Shown here: piece by piece, positions 51,010 through 61,318 of the stretch
Position numbering within the stretch: position 1 is the first letter of the stretch
Layout of the letters: each line of letters starts with the position of its first letter
Assembly: GCA_045837725.1 (NCBI GenBank)
Contig: JBEWZL010000084.1
Location: 496,001 to 560,000 of the forward strand
Direction of reading: 5' to 3'
Source of the DNA: Vermamoeba vermiformis
Taxonomy: Eukaryota
Length of the DNA: 64,000 nucleotides
Notes under the pieces: model-generated
What the model was told of the DNA's origin: nothing
Databases searched by the model: none
What the model saw: the letters and a program-made list of their open reading frames with translations, nothing else
Made by a program: the position numbers and the translations under genes

Positions 51010-52101
51010 TCAGGCATCATTTAATCTGGAACAAAACTCTCCAGAGATATATGTTGTTAGTTCTTCTGCTTGCCCTTTAATACAAAATGATGTGACAGTT
51101 TGGATTCCTGCTCTGTCTTGCAAATTTCTGTAAAAGCCAAATTTCTGAAGCATATTTTTGTAGGATGATACATTGCCAATAAACTTCTTTTTCTCCATAA
51201 ATGTTTGAGTGCATTCAGCTAAAAGACTATCATTCAAGTAGTAAAAACGCAATGGAAAGTGCAATTTGATGTTTTGGAGACATTTCTTATCAATAGAGTA
51301 AACTAGTGTAACTATTAGACCAGTAGCAGAAACAGTGTCTGATAATGTTCTTGGCGTGTTGCACATGTTATTACAACAAAATTCTTGCCAAAACTCTGAG
51401 CATGTTTCTATCAATGAAGGAAATGCTTCTGCAATCAAGGCTGTCATTTTGATCGTATCCAATCCTTTTAGACGAATATAGACTTTAAGTCTAGGGTTGC
51501 TTCCCAAATCAAAAGCTAAAAAGTCTAAGTTATGGCTGTCCACGCCACATTTCTCAGTAATTGTGATAAACTCGCTTGAATTAATGCCCACTGCTGCAAA
51601 AGCATCAAGTACTTTTTCCTGTGAAGTTTTTTGGGATGGACCATTCAGTTGTGGGTTGAAGTATATTTTGTGATTATACACTCCTGGAGCCAAGTCAATA
51701 CCATACCACATAAAAAATTTTCCAGAGTCAACAGGTTCCAAGAATATTGATTGCAAGGAATCAAACAATGTCCAATTTAGTGAAGGATTGTTTTGCTTTG
51801 CCTCTTGTATGAACCTATTGGCACATTTGACAATATCACTGAAAGATCGACAGTTGCTGTCAATAGGTTCTCCAAGCATTCTTACAATTGGACGTCCTTG
51901 GGTTGAAAAGGTGATGCTAAATTCAACAGGACTGTTATCGTCAGTAATAAATGATGGCCACTGAGGCTTGGTTGAAAACTGATGGGATGCAAAAGTATTC
52001 AAAAACTGTTTGATGGCAGTATAGCACTCCTTTTTCTCTGCATCTGAATAGGCACAGAAATCTAAAAGAGTATCAAGGCAATCATACACTGCTTTGTTCA
52101 T
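51010..52101 (-). CDS. Aromatic (indole/tryptophan) prenyltransferase, DMATS family, bacterial type; intronless
   Basis: SFITDDNSPVEFSITF...VRMLGE, WYGIDL...KIYFNP, FLAFDL...RLKVY, KLHFPLRFY and TTYIS match ABBA/DMATS motifs. Confidence 0.82.
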   Translation of the reverse strand: MNKAVYDCLDTLLDFCAYSDAEKKECYTAIKQFLNTFASHQFSTKPQWPSFITDDNSPVEFSITFSTQGRPIVRMLGEPIDSNCRSFSDIVKCANRFIQEAKQNNPSLNWTLFDSLQSIFLEPVDSGKFFMWYGIDLAPGVYNHKIYFNPQLNGPSQKTSQEKVLDAFAAVGINSSEFITITEKCGVDSHNLDFLAFDLGSNPRLKVYIRLKGLDTIKMTALIAEAFPSLIETCSEFWQEFCCNNMCNTPRTLSDTVSATGLIVTLVYSIDKKCLQNIKLHFPLRFYYLNDSLLAECTQTFMEKKKFIGNVSSYKNMLQKFGFYRNLQDRAGIQTVTSFCIKGQAEELTTYISGEFCSRLNDA

Positions 52102-52848
52102 TTCAAATCTAGGCTACAAAGTTTTGGCTTAATAACAGCAAGCTGTTAAACTTAAATTTAATTGGAAATTCCAGTTAAATTAATTCCAGTTAAAAAATCA
52201 TTTTTATAGTTTGCAGATTTGATAAATAACAATTAAGTGAACCTAATCCAAAAATCCTCAACTAATTATGTTGAACAATTATTCAAATTAACCAATAATA
52301 GATCTCGGTGCGTTCTGCTGACATACATTGGAGCAATAGGCAAAGAGAGAAATTCTTCAACCAAACATTGAAAACTTTATTATTTTTTGAGCGACATAAA
52401 CCAGCATTTTCCCATCAAATAAGTCATGATTTTTCCTAATCACAACTCTTCAAATGAAAACAAAATGTGTTGCTCTTTGAAATTATCAATTAATACCTCA
52501 AGAATATCAAGATAGGCTATCCAGCACAAATTCATCAGCTTTTTTTTTCGTTTGCATACAAAATTAAACTTCACACATCCAAAGCAAATCGTATTTTGAC
52601 ATTTCTGAGTACATCTTGGCTTGAAATAATTTTTAAATCCATTTTGGTTGAGAAGGGTACATTTAAATCGATACCCCAAGCCACCAGCATTTTTTATAAA
52701 TCAAAGAAGAGGTAAAGTAATCTGAGTTGAGCTTATTATTTGGTTGGGGTTAATTTTTGTTTATTTTCATTATTTTTTGGATGTGAAAGTCTCAATCTTT
52801 AAAATCCTATGTTATTTCTCACCAATTCTTCACATTTACCTCACACCC

Positions 52849-54468
52849 ATGCTTCCGTCACTGGTAGTTGTTGAAGAGTTAAGTGGAACTCTTGGCTTGT
52901 ATGATTTAGAAGGAGTACAAAAAGGTCAAATATACATTGGAGCAAAGCCCCATGAAATTCTACTACACTACCACAAAAGCCGGTTGTTAGCTTTTGTATC
53001 AATATTTGGATTGTCTGATTATGACAGCAAAGTAGGAGATTCTGACTGCTTTATAAGTGTAATTGATATGCAACACTTTTGTGAAGTGGCTCGTTTCTCC
53101 ACCTTCAAAACTGGAGAGTTAATAGAGCACTCTCAAAAAGCTCCCCATGGCTTAGCTGTATCTATAGATGGACAGTATTTATTTTGCAACACAGAATTCA
53201 AATCAGATAAAGTTTGTCCTAGTATATTGCAATACGACCTTAGCGACATTCTTCCTTCCACAACAGTATCTTTAATCCCTCCAAAAAATATATTCACATT
53301 ACATTCTGCAAGCTCATCCCATAATTTGATCATTCACCCATCTATGCCACACATGATTTTATTGATGGCAGGTGCCCAAGGCATAGCTTTGTTTGACATT
53401 GATAAAAGCATTGTGGTTAAAACTTTTACTCCCCCTCAACCTGTTAGAGGACTGTGCCACTCACCTCAAGGCCTTCTGGTCAGTGGTTTAAACAAGTTGT
53501 ATGAAATTGATTTGGAGCTAAATCTAATCCGTGAAATTAATGGATTAAATGTTCACCAACTTATGTACTCTGAAGTATCCTCTGACGGAAAAATTATTGT
53601 TGCCCCTGCAGTTTTAAACAGCCAAGTCCTTTTGATAGACTATGTAACAGGGAAGGTAATTAATCGAGTATGCACTGGGTTAGCTCCTCTCCATGTTTCA
53701 ATAACTCCTGACTCAAAGATTGCCTTTGTTACTAATGCTTGGGACTACTGTATTACAAAAGTCAGCTTGGAAGATTTTTCAGTGGCAAACTTAAAAGTTG
53801 GAAGAGGTCCAAATGGCATAGCTAGTTGCTTTCTTCCCTCTCCTTATACGAGAAAGAAGAAACGACTGGCTTTTGTATCTTCGTTTTCTGCAAAAGACTT
53901 TGAAGATATGAAAAACACAATGGATATCCTTATGAATTTAAAATGGTGGGCAGAGACTTTGAATCAGAAAGGGGGTCTTTTACTTGAGGACAACTCTCTT
54001 CTTGTTGCATTTGAGATTGAATGGTCATTGTTTGATGATGAAGCTGATTCTCAAAGGCAAGCAGATATTATAAGATCTATTGATGGTGTATATGATGTGA
54101 TCATTATTACTAAGAGCCTCCAACAAGTACAACATAATTCAAACGTGATCTTCTTACTGGACAGTCCTGCAATCCTGCAGGTTTCTGAAGCAAAGATAAT
54201 GTTAAATGACGATGACATTTGCAGCCACTTAAAGAAAAACTCAATCAATGTAGAAGGGAATAACTATCACCAAGGGGAGTTGCATTCTCTCTCAATGTTT
54301 GACAGCTGTTTTTGGCAGAGATTTTCTTATAAAACAACAATCTTGGGACAGATTGCCTATTTAGTAGGAAATATTTTGAAGAGGTACTTTGTTTACAGAT
54401 CTACTCTACAAAAATATGTTGAACAAACATTTTTGGGCAAGTTAACTCTGGAGATTTCAAGCCAATAA
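52849..54468 (+). CDS. YVTN/YncE-like beta-propeller fused to a degenerate periplasmic-binding-protein-like C-terminal domain; intronless
   Basis: Repeats IGAKPHEI, APHGLAVSIDG, TGLAPLHVSITPDSKIAFVTN and VGRGPNGI. C-terminal WAETLNQKGGL...LFDDEADS resembles LivJ-type binding proteins. First ATG at 52849. Confidence 0.72.
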   Translation: MLPSLVVVEELSGTLGLYDLEGVQKGQIYIGAKPHEILLHYHKSRLLAFVSIFGLSDYDSKVGDSDCFISVIDMQHFCEVARFSTFKTGELIEHSQKAPHGLAVSIDGQYLFCNTEFKSDKVCPSILQYDLSDILPSTTVSLIPPKNIFTLHSASSSHNLIIHPSMPHMILLMAGAQGIALFDIDKSIVVKTFTPPQPVRGLCHSPQGLLVSGLNKLYEIDLELNLIREINGLNVHQLMYSEVSSDGKIIVAPAVLNSQVLLIDYVTGKVINRVCTGLAPLHVSITPDSKIAFVTNAWDYCITKVSLEDFSVANLKVGRGPNGIASCFLPSPYTRKKKRLAFVSSFSAKDFEDMKNTMDILMNLKWWAETLNQKGGLLLEDNSLLVAFEIEWSLFDDEADSQRQADIIRSIDGVYDVIIITKSLQQVQHNSNVIFLLDSPAILQVSEAKIMLNDDDICSHLKKNSINVEGNNYHQGELHSLSMFDSCFWQRFSYKTTILGQIAYLVGNILKRYFVYRSTLQKYVEQTFLGKLTLEISSQ

Positions 54469-54469
54469 T

Positions 54470-54835
54470 AGATATCCAAGACGATCACATCCAAAAAATA
54501 TGAAAAAATAAAAAATAATTACCCACCCATCCAAATAATAAGCCCAACTCAGGATATTGACTTCTATTAAGGTATTAAGTTGGTATAAGCAAAGGCTGTA
54601 TTTTACAATCAGTTAGTAAGCTATCAAATATTTTATTTCATTTTAAACATCTGCTGGTCCAAAATTAAAAATTCAGGCTCAAAAAAAGCCCCATTACAAA
54701 ATCTCAAACGATGAGAATAATTATCATCAAGGGGTATAGTGAATGCTTTCGCATTATGATAGATAGGAAGTCCAGCTACTTTTCTAACTCTCTGCCACTG
54801 GTTTGAGCTAAGATCTGTAAAGCTTTGGATGTCAT
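54470..54835. mobile_element. Element remnant: end repeat plus an inverted transposase fragment
   Basis: 54470-54632 is a direct copy of 50526-50691. About 54657-54832 is the reverse complement of about 62418-62600. Confidence 0.8.
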
Positions 54836-55102
54836 TTTACAACCTGTACTTGTAGATGTACGATAAAAAATTGGGGTAATTGGGTCAAAAAAGTTAGTTG
54901 GCAAATTATTACCACTTTTATAATTATTTGAAGTTGTGTTATGGCTGCAGTTGGTTCATTAGTTCAAAGCAGCAAAATTAAAAATACCCTTAAATTCATG
55001 TTAATGTGACTATTATTAACTTTCATCCAATGTCATTGAGTTTTAGGTTGCAATTTTTGAAAATTTCCAATTTTTTTTAATGGAGACTTGTGGAGATAAG
55101 GA

Positions 55103-56833
55103 ATGGGGATGATTCGAAAGCTAAAGCTCCATCAGTATTGGGCATCAGTATTTTTAATCATTGGAAAAGCAGGCACTATGCCCATTTTTTCTTTGTTGTA
55201 TGGAAAACTACTGGGCAGTCTATCTGATAGTACTCTCTTTATGCAATACATATTCTATATCGGAATGGTCAATGTGGGGAGTTTTTTTCTAGATTTTTTC
55301 TATATCTATTTAATGCAGCAAGTTGGTCCAAAAGTGGCAGCAAGACTTAAAAAACAAATAGTAAAAGAGCTTATGAAAAAAGACAGTACTTTCTTTGCAA
55401 ATAGCTCTTCAGGGGCGTTGAACAACTCTTTCTTAGCAGAGACAAATGCAGTCAAAGGATTTTGCTCTGCAGTACTTCCAGAGTTCCTACGAAACACATT
55501 TATGTTACTTTGGTATATGGGAATTGCTGCATACATAAATTATATATTCTTTGTTGTAATGTTTGTGACAAGTGGATTGACAATCACTATCTCTTTACTG
55601 ACCAGCACATTTGAGAAGCTAACATCAAGGAAAGTTGCAGAAGAAAAAAATCTAGCAAAAACTCAGGCAGAGATTACATTCAATTGGCAAGTCATTCGAG
55701 TATTTGCACGACAAAGCCATTTTAAAGCAAAGATAAAGGATCACCTACAAAGAGTGTTATCAGTGGAGCACAAGTTAGCAATCATTTTAGCAAGCTCTTC
55801 AGCACTGTCATTTGCAATATCAAATGGATCACTGTTGCTTGTGGGCTATTTTGCTTTAGATTTATACAATTCTTCCACTATCACTATATCAGATATCTAT
55901 ACTGTTTGGTCAGCAAGCTTGCTAGTAGCATTGCATTCAAAAATTATAGCTCAAAGAGTGAATGAGGTCAAAGATACTGTGGCAGTACTTAGAAGTATGG
56001 AAAGAACCATAAGCTTTGGAAAAAGCCATTATGTTGACATTCCCCCAACCAACTATGACCTATCCTCTCCTACTGTTGAATTCAACAATGTCTCTTTTAC
56101 TTACCCGAATTCTTCAAAGGCAGCAATCTCAAACATCAATATTGTATGTTCTGCAAATACAATGACTGCTTTGGTAGGTGCTTCAGGATCGGGTAAATCA
56201 ACATCCTTATCTCTGCTACTCAAATTACACCAAAATTATGAGGGTAGAATATCTGTAAACGGAGTCAATTTGCAGGACATCAGTTCTTCCAATTACTATG
56301 AATCCATTGGTTATGTTGCACAAGATGTGAGGCTATTTTATGGAACCATTGAGGAAAATATTCGATTTGGGATTGACAATTGCTCAATATATGAAGTAGA
56401 AGAAGCTGCTCGTAGGGCCAATATTCATGATTTTATTATGCACTTACCTGAAGGTTACAAAACTATTATTGGTGAGCAAGGAGTTAACCTTAGTGGAGGT
56501 CAAAAGCAACGTATGGCTATAGCAAGAGCTTTGATACGAAATCCTAAAATTTTGATATTTGACGAGGCAACTAGTGCACTTGACTCCACATCTGAAACTA
56601 TGATACAAAAATCCATTGAAACTCTCAGTACCAGCATAACTGTAATTGTTGTTGCTCACCGTTTAAGCACTATCATTAATGCTACCAAAATTTATGTGTT
56701 TAGTGAAGGCAGAATAGTAGAAGAAGGGAATTATCAAAATTTGATTGCCCGCAATGGATTCTTTACCTCTATGGTGACTGCCCAGCAACTGGAAAAGGAA
56801 GACCAGACTAGACAGAGGAGTTACACTTCATAA
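55103..56833 (+). CDS. ABC half-transporter (ABCB/MsbA-like exporter, TMD plus NBD); intronless
   Basis: Walker A GASGSGKST, Q-loop YVAQD, signature LSGGQKQR, Walker B ILIFDEATSALD, AHRLST; hydrophobic N-terminal half. Confidence 0.92.
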   Translation: MGMIRKLKLHQYWASVFLIIGKAGTMPIFSLLYGKLLGSLSDSTLFMQYIFYIGMVNVGSFFLDFFYIYLMQQVGPKVAARLKKQIVKELMKKDSTFFANSSSGALNNSFLAETNAVKGFCSAVLPEFLRNTFMLLWYMGIAAYINYIFFVVMFVTSGLTITISLLTSTFEKLTSRKVAEEKNLAKTQAEITFNWQVIRVFARQSHFKAKIKDHLQRVLSVEHKLAIILASSSALSFAISNGSLLLVGYFALDLYNSSTITISDIYTVWSASLLVALHSKIIAQRVNEVKDTVAVLRSMERTISFGKSHYVDIPPTNYDLSSPTVEFNNVSFTYPNSSKAAISNINIVCSANTMTALVGASGSGKSTSLSLLLKLHQNYEGRISVNGVNLQDISSSNYYESIGYVAQDVRLFYGTIEENIRFGIDNCSIYEVEEAARRANIHDFIMHLPEGYKTIIGEQGVNLSGGQKQRMAIARALIRNPKILIFDEATSALDSTSETMIQKSIETLSTSITVIVVAHRLSTIINATKIYVFSEGRIVEEGNYQNLIARNGFFTSMVTAQQLEKEDQTRQRSYTS

Positions 56834-56855
56834 AAACTTTAACTTCTAATGTTTA

Positions 56856-57245
56856 TTATGACATTTCTACAGAAGAGCTCTCTCGGGTGGTGTAAGACAC
56901 TATTCCACCTGCCACTCTTTGTTGTTTAAATAAAGCAACAGCTACCAAAATTACAATAAAGCCTCCTATGACACCATAAATTACTATTACTGCAATTGTT
57001 TGAGGTAGAGGATATGTTTGCACCAAAATAGCAGATTTATCACCAGCACACATTTGGGATGTGCACAATACAGGCCATATTTTAGTCTTTGCATAACAGT
57101 CATCATCAGTAGCACAGGGGACACATGTTCCACCATTACAAACTGGAAGGGTTAATGGACAGTCTTCTAATGTTTGACAAGGTAATTGAAGGTAAACCAA
57201 AGAGAGGCAGGAAAAAAATATGATTATTGACAATAGAGTTTGCAT
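56856..57245 (-). CDS. Small single-pass membrane protein with a Cys-rich ectodomain
   Basis: Signal peptide, CQTLEDCP...CNGGTCVPCATDDDC, one TM helix. Confidence 0.65.
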   Translation of the reverse strand: MQTLLSIIIFFSCLSLVYLQLPCQTLEDCPLTLPVCNGGTCVPCATDDDCYAKTKIWPVLCTSQMCAGDKSAILVQTYPLPQTIAVIVIYGVIGGFIVILVAVALFKQQRVAGGIVSYTTRESSSVEMS

Positions 57246-57426
57246 GCTGATTTTATTAGTTGCTTTCTATTCCAAACAAAAAATATATTCAAATAAGAGT
57301 GCTTTGCTGAAAGGAAAGAAAATGGAAATTTGTGGATTTTTTTTTTGATTTTTATTTTTAAGATGATTTTTATTTGCCTTTTTAATTAGCCTTTTTAATT
57401 AGCCTAAATTCAAGTGAACAACAACA

Positions 57427-58914
57427 ATGAAGTGTCTTTTTTGGTTGAGTTTTTTTCTCCCTTCAGTTTTGGGGGTAATGATTATCTCTCAGCCCCAAAA
57501 CATATCTGGTGTTTATCCGTTTGTAAAACTGACATTTGCAAACACTCCTGCCGAAATTAATGTGCCGCCACAAATTCCTCTGAAAGGCAAGCTTACGCTG
57601 CCTGGACCTCTTGCTTATGGAAATATTCTTCTGCTGCCCAGAGCTGGAGGATCATTTACAGCAGTGATTAGTGAAATGATATACACATTTCTGCCAAGAG
57701 CTATTGTAATTGTTCCTAGCTCTCCATCCGAACCTGGAATTGAAGAATTCTTCATGGATGATTATGAAGAAACAAAAAAATGGCAAATACCCATTGGAAC
57801 AATGGGGTTTTTCCCCGGCATCTCTTTATTGCAGTCAGGCTTGCTTGATAATGGTACTGCTGATGTAGAGCTTGTATTTGGTATGTGAACACACCACAAA
57901 ATTGTTGCTAACCAGTTCCAGATGAGAATGGTTGGCATTCGTTTGCCTACAATCCTGCTTGGATTGTATTGTACACACTAGTCTCCATTGGAGCACTTGT
58001 TGCCTGGGCTATCTCCATCTCAAGATTTGTGGCTTTTGTAAAAGCATCCGGTTTTCAGCTCTCACTAGCACAGGTTACCTTGCTTATACAAATGATTATA
58101 AACCCAAGTAAGTATGAAATTTTTGCCCTTTACTTTACTAATCCTATTTTTCAGCTCTTTTTTACTGGTGGGTTACTGGCGCAGGTTATTCAATTCCTGC
58201 CCTACAGTTCCAAGTTCAAACGTTTATTGAACAGTCCATACCTTCTGGAGCAGTGACAATTTGCATTTTTTTGTCTGCATTTTTCTGGTAAGTACATCCC
58301 TTAGTGAAATAATCCCTCTAACTTTTGCCAGGCATGAACTGATTACAATGTCTAAAATTCGAGTTACTACATTCATTGTTGGACTAAAAATACCAGCTCT
58401 TATTATTGTTTGTTTGGTGATGTTTCTTTTATACGCAGTTAGTGTGGCGTTTGCAACTTTAAATGCTATCAGTTTAGAATCACTATATAGCCTTTCAAGG
58501 TTGAAGATTTCTGTTGATCTGGCTATTAATGGAGTCGCCTTCATCTATTATTCCATTATTGGAAGTTTGGTGCTCATTCGAGTACGCAAGTCTCCTGGAG
58601 AAAGAACTGCAAAACAAGTCAAAAAGGTAGGGTCTTCCTGCACTGCTCTTTGCTAAAATCTCCCACAGACGACTGTTCGATTTCTGCTGGTGGCCATCAC
58701 CATTCTTCTCCGCATCACAGGACTTGCCTTCCATTTGGATGAAATAATGTTCAAACAAACTGGAACATACTTTATTCTGACAGCAGCAGCTTTTCGAATG
58801 TCTTATTGGCTAATGTTTTTCTCAATGGTTGCAACAAATATCTTTTTGTGCTTAGGGTTCAGAACGCCAGAAAAAGTTACAGGTTCTTCAAGAGCAACAA
58901 AAACTTCTAATTAA
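57427..58914 (+). CDS. Multi-pass membrane protein with a signal peptide, a PA-like ectodomain and about seven TM helices; about five exons
   Basis: ORF pieces linked by GT-AG introns starting at about 57881, 58108, 58269 and 58627; hydrophobic helices throughout the C-terminal part. Confidence 0.6.
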
Positions 58915-59243
58915 TAAAGTCCCTTTCATTCTTTTTTCCAGCCTGTTTAAAGCATCATCCAATTTCCTTGGCAATTGCTTCACCCTCGGTTAGATATGTC
59001 AAAGGAGTAGCAGGTAAGGCAATTGACTGCAATTTAAATAACATCAATACATTGGTAACCGCCAAATATTGGCAGCAACATGATAACCTTTCAGATCCAA
59101 AAATTGCACACTTACATCCATCAAATTTGAGTTCCATTATCATTTTTGGTTAGAAATAAGGCAGATCTACGTTCAATCTTGTCTCCTTTTTATTTAATTT
59201 CAAAAATGGTTGTAAACAGTACAACTATTACTGTTTACTATGG

Positions 59244-60375
59244 TTAACTAACAGGAGACAACAGCAAACTTTGAATGTTGAAGATCCACTTCGAAACAAA
59301 ACTGTGTACAAGTGGAATGTCCTTCATAGTATATGAACCTAAATCATATGATTAGACTAAGCAGTTAGCTGAAACTTACAATACAGAGGAAAAGACGCTA
59401 TAAGCTCCACTGCCTCATTAAAATCTTGAAGTGCAACTTTCCAAGCATATTCAACTCCTTGCTTAGCCAAGGAGGATAAATACAATCTAATGAAATTAGA
59501 GTTAACAGACACTACAATGCATTACATACTGGAGCAAGGGCATAATTTCTTCAGCTGAACTTTTTTGGGTTGAGAGGAAAAATGCAACATCTTCCATGGG
59601 ATTACCATTATGAATATATTGCAAGTCAATTAAGCGTATCAACTCTTTTTCAGTGTCAAAAAAGATGTTGCTAGTGTGCAAGTCTCCATGCACAACAGTA
59701 CGAGTTTGTCTAAAGGCTGATGAAATCCCTATCTTTTGACAATTAACTAATCAAGAACCAACACCTTACCTTATGGACTTGTTGGACTTTTTTATCATAA
59801 TGAAGATAACCAGAAGAGAATGTTGGATCTTTTTCCCACAACGCTTGCATTTTAGTTATAAGTTCTTCAATCAAACTTGGACCTTTAACCATCTCCAAAC
59901 CTCCCCAATTCCCTACAGGGTTAGTTAGATAGTTTCTCCACTAAAGTATCCATACGAGAGTGAAATTCAGCAATAGAGCATATCAGGACTTCCTCCTCTT
60001 TAATGGAAGGGGAATAGTTAAGTTTGCTTCCTGAATACATTGAAAGGTCTTCAAGTAGAATCAAGTATTCATTAGGGGATGAAACTTTTGTTCCAAAGCA
60101 TTTTGGAAACAACACCCTTCTTGTCTCCAACAAATTTGCATTCCTTTTTGCATATTGTGTTACTATATTTAGACATAAAATACCAACCGGTAGCTTTTTA
60201 TCTCTGAATCCAATAATTCAGGAGGAGCACTAGCTTTTTTCAAAATTAACGTCTTTTCCTTTCCTTCCAGACACAAAGAAATTTTGTATGCCTTGCTGAA
60301 TGCTCCAGAACCAATCTCAGCAATGCAAAACTGGGAAATATTGTAGCCAAACAGATCTAATAATATTTGCTCCAT
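59244..60375 (-). CDS. Small-molecule kinase of the APH/choline/ecdysteroid-kinase-like phosphotransferase family; multi-exon
   Basis: EIGSGAFSKAYK, LILKK, EIKSY, ILLEDL, IAEFH, Brenner motif VVHGDLHTSNIFF, and LIDLQ...GNPMEDVAFFL. Confidence 0.82.
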
Positions 60376-60437
60376 TCCATTCAAAAACTAACAAAAATAC
60401 GTGAGTGAGTCAAACAAATTACTGCAGTTATTTAGTG

Positions 60438-60659
60438 CAAGAATTCACACATCCAAAAAATCAATCAATAATGAAAAAATAAATAATAACTTCCTCCCTA
60501 GAGGAGTTGCTCCAGCTCATTCTGTTACCATAAATAACGCGGAGATCAATACTACTAGGGTTTGGGACTCAAAGAAGTGCAATGAATGGTTGAACAACTC
60601 ATTGAGTGCTTGAATGGCAACAAGAAAGAATAATAATATTTAGTTTATTCTGGGATGTT
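60438..60659. mobile_element. Miniature internally deleted derivative of the RAG-like element
   Basis: Starts at the CACATCCAAAAAA end motif. About 60500-60640 is the reverse complement of 61545-61640 joined to 61240-61283. Confidence 0.7.
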
Positions 60660-61318
60660 ACCAACAGCAAATTTATTCCTGTGGCACAACTGGGTCAAAT
60701 TAAAAATGGAGTGAATGGCTCTTACTTTCAGGTTAGGAGAACTTTGCTGAGTCCTTGTGGAGGTTTGCATTTATTTTTGTTACAAACTAACTGTGTTGAA
60801 ATCTAGGAGGCAAAAATTATCTTGTGCAGGGTGTCTCCTACATAATTGTTCAGCTGTCTGCTTTCACATTTTAATATCAAACTGTGATCCTGATACTGTG
60901 AGTATTCTGAAAAATGTAACATTGCACATGTAGGACTCCTGAGTCCCTGGCAACAAATTTCTAATTTTTGTTGAAGCAAAAGTCTGTCAACATAGGAAGT
61001 GTGTGGGCTGACTTTGGCTGCTATACAAAAAATTTTGCTGGATTTACCTAGGTTAACTTGCCTCAATTTACGGAGCTTAGCATTGCTGGTTTTTTTCTTC
61101 CAATGGGCCTCATTCCATAAAGCATCAAAATAGCTTCCAAAATTGGCAAGACTACTGAACAATACTATCACATCCAAAAAAATGAATAAAAAATTTATTT
61201 AAATATTGAACACACTCTTAAAAATATAACGAGCACAAATATTATTATTCTTTCTTGTTGCCATTCAAGCACTCAATGAGTTGAAGTGTGTAGTCCTTGT
61301 CTTGTCTTACAATCTCCT

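Noticed and set aside
58955-59153. Possible decayed Rho/Rac GTPase fragment (PLTYLTEGEAIAKEIG) on the minus strand
   Set aside because: The similarity is short and lacks the G1/G3 motifs, so it cannot be supported without a search.
50533-61200. Repeated motifs as a CRISPR array
   Set aside because: The copies are kilobases apart, lie in both orientations, have no regular spacers, and there are no cas genes in this eukaryotic context.
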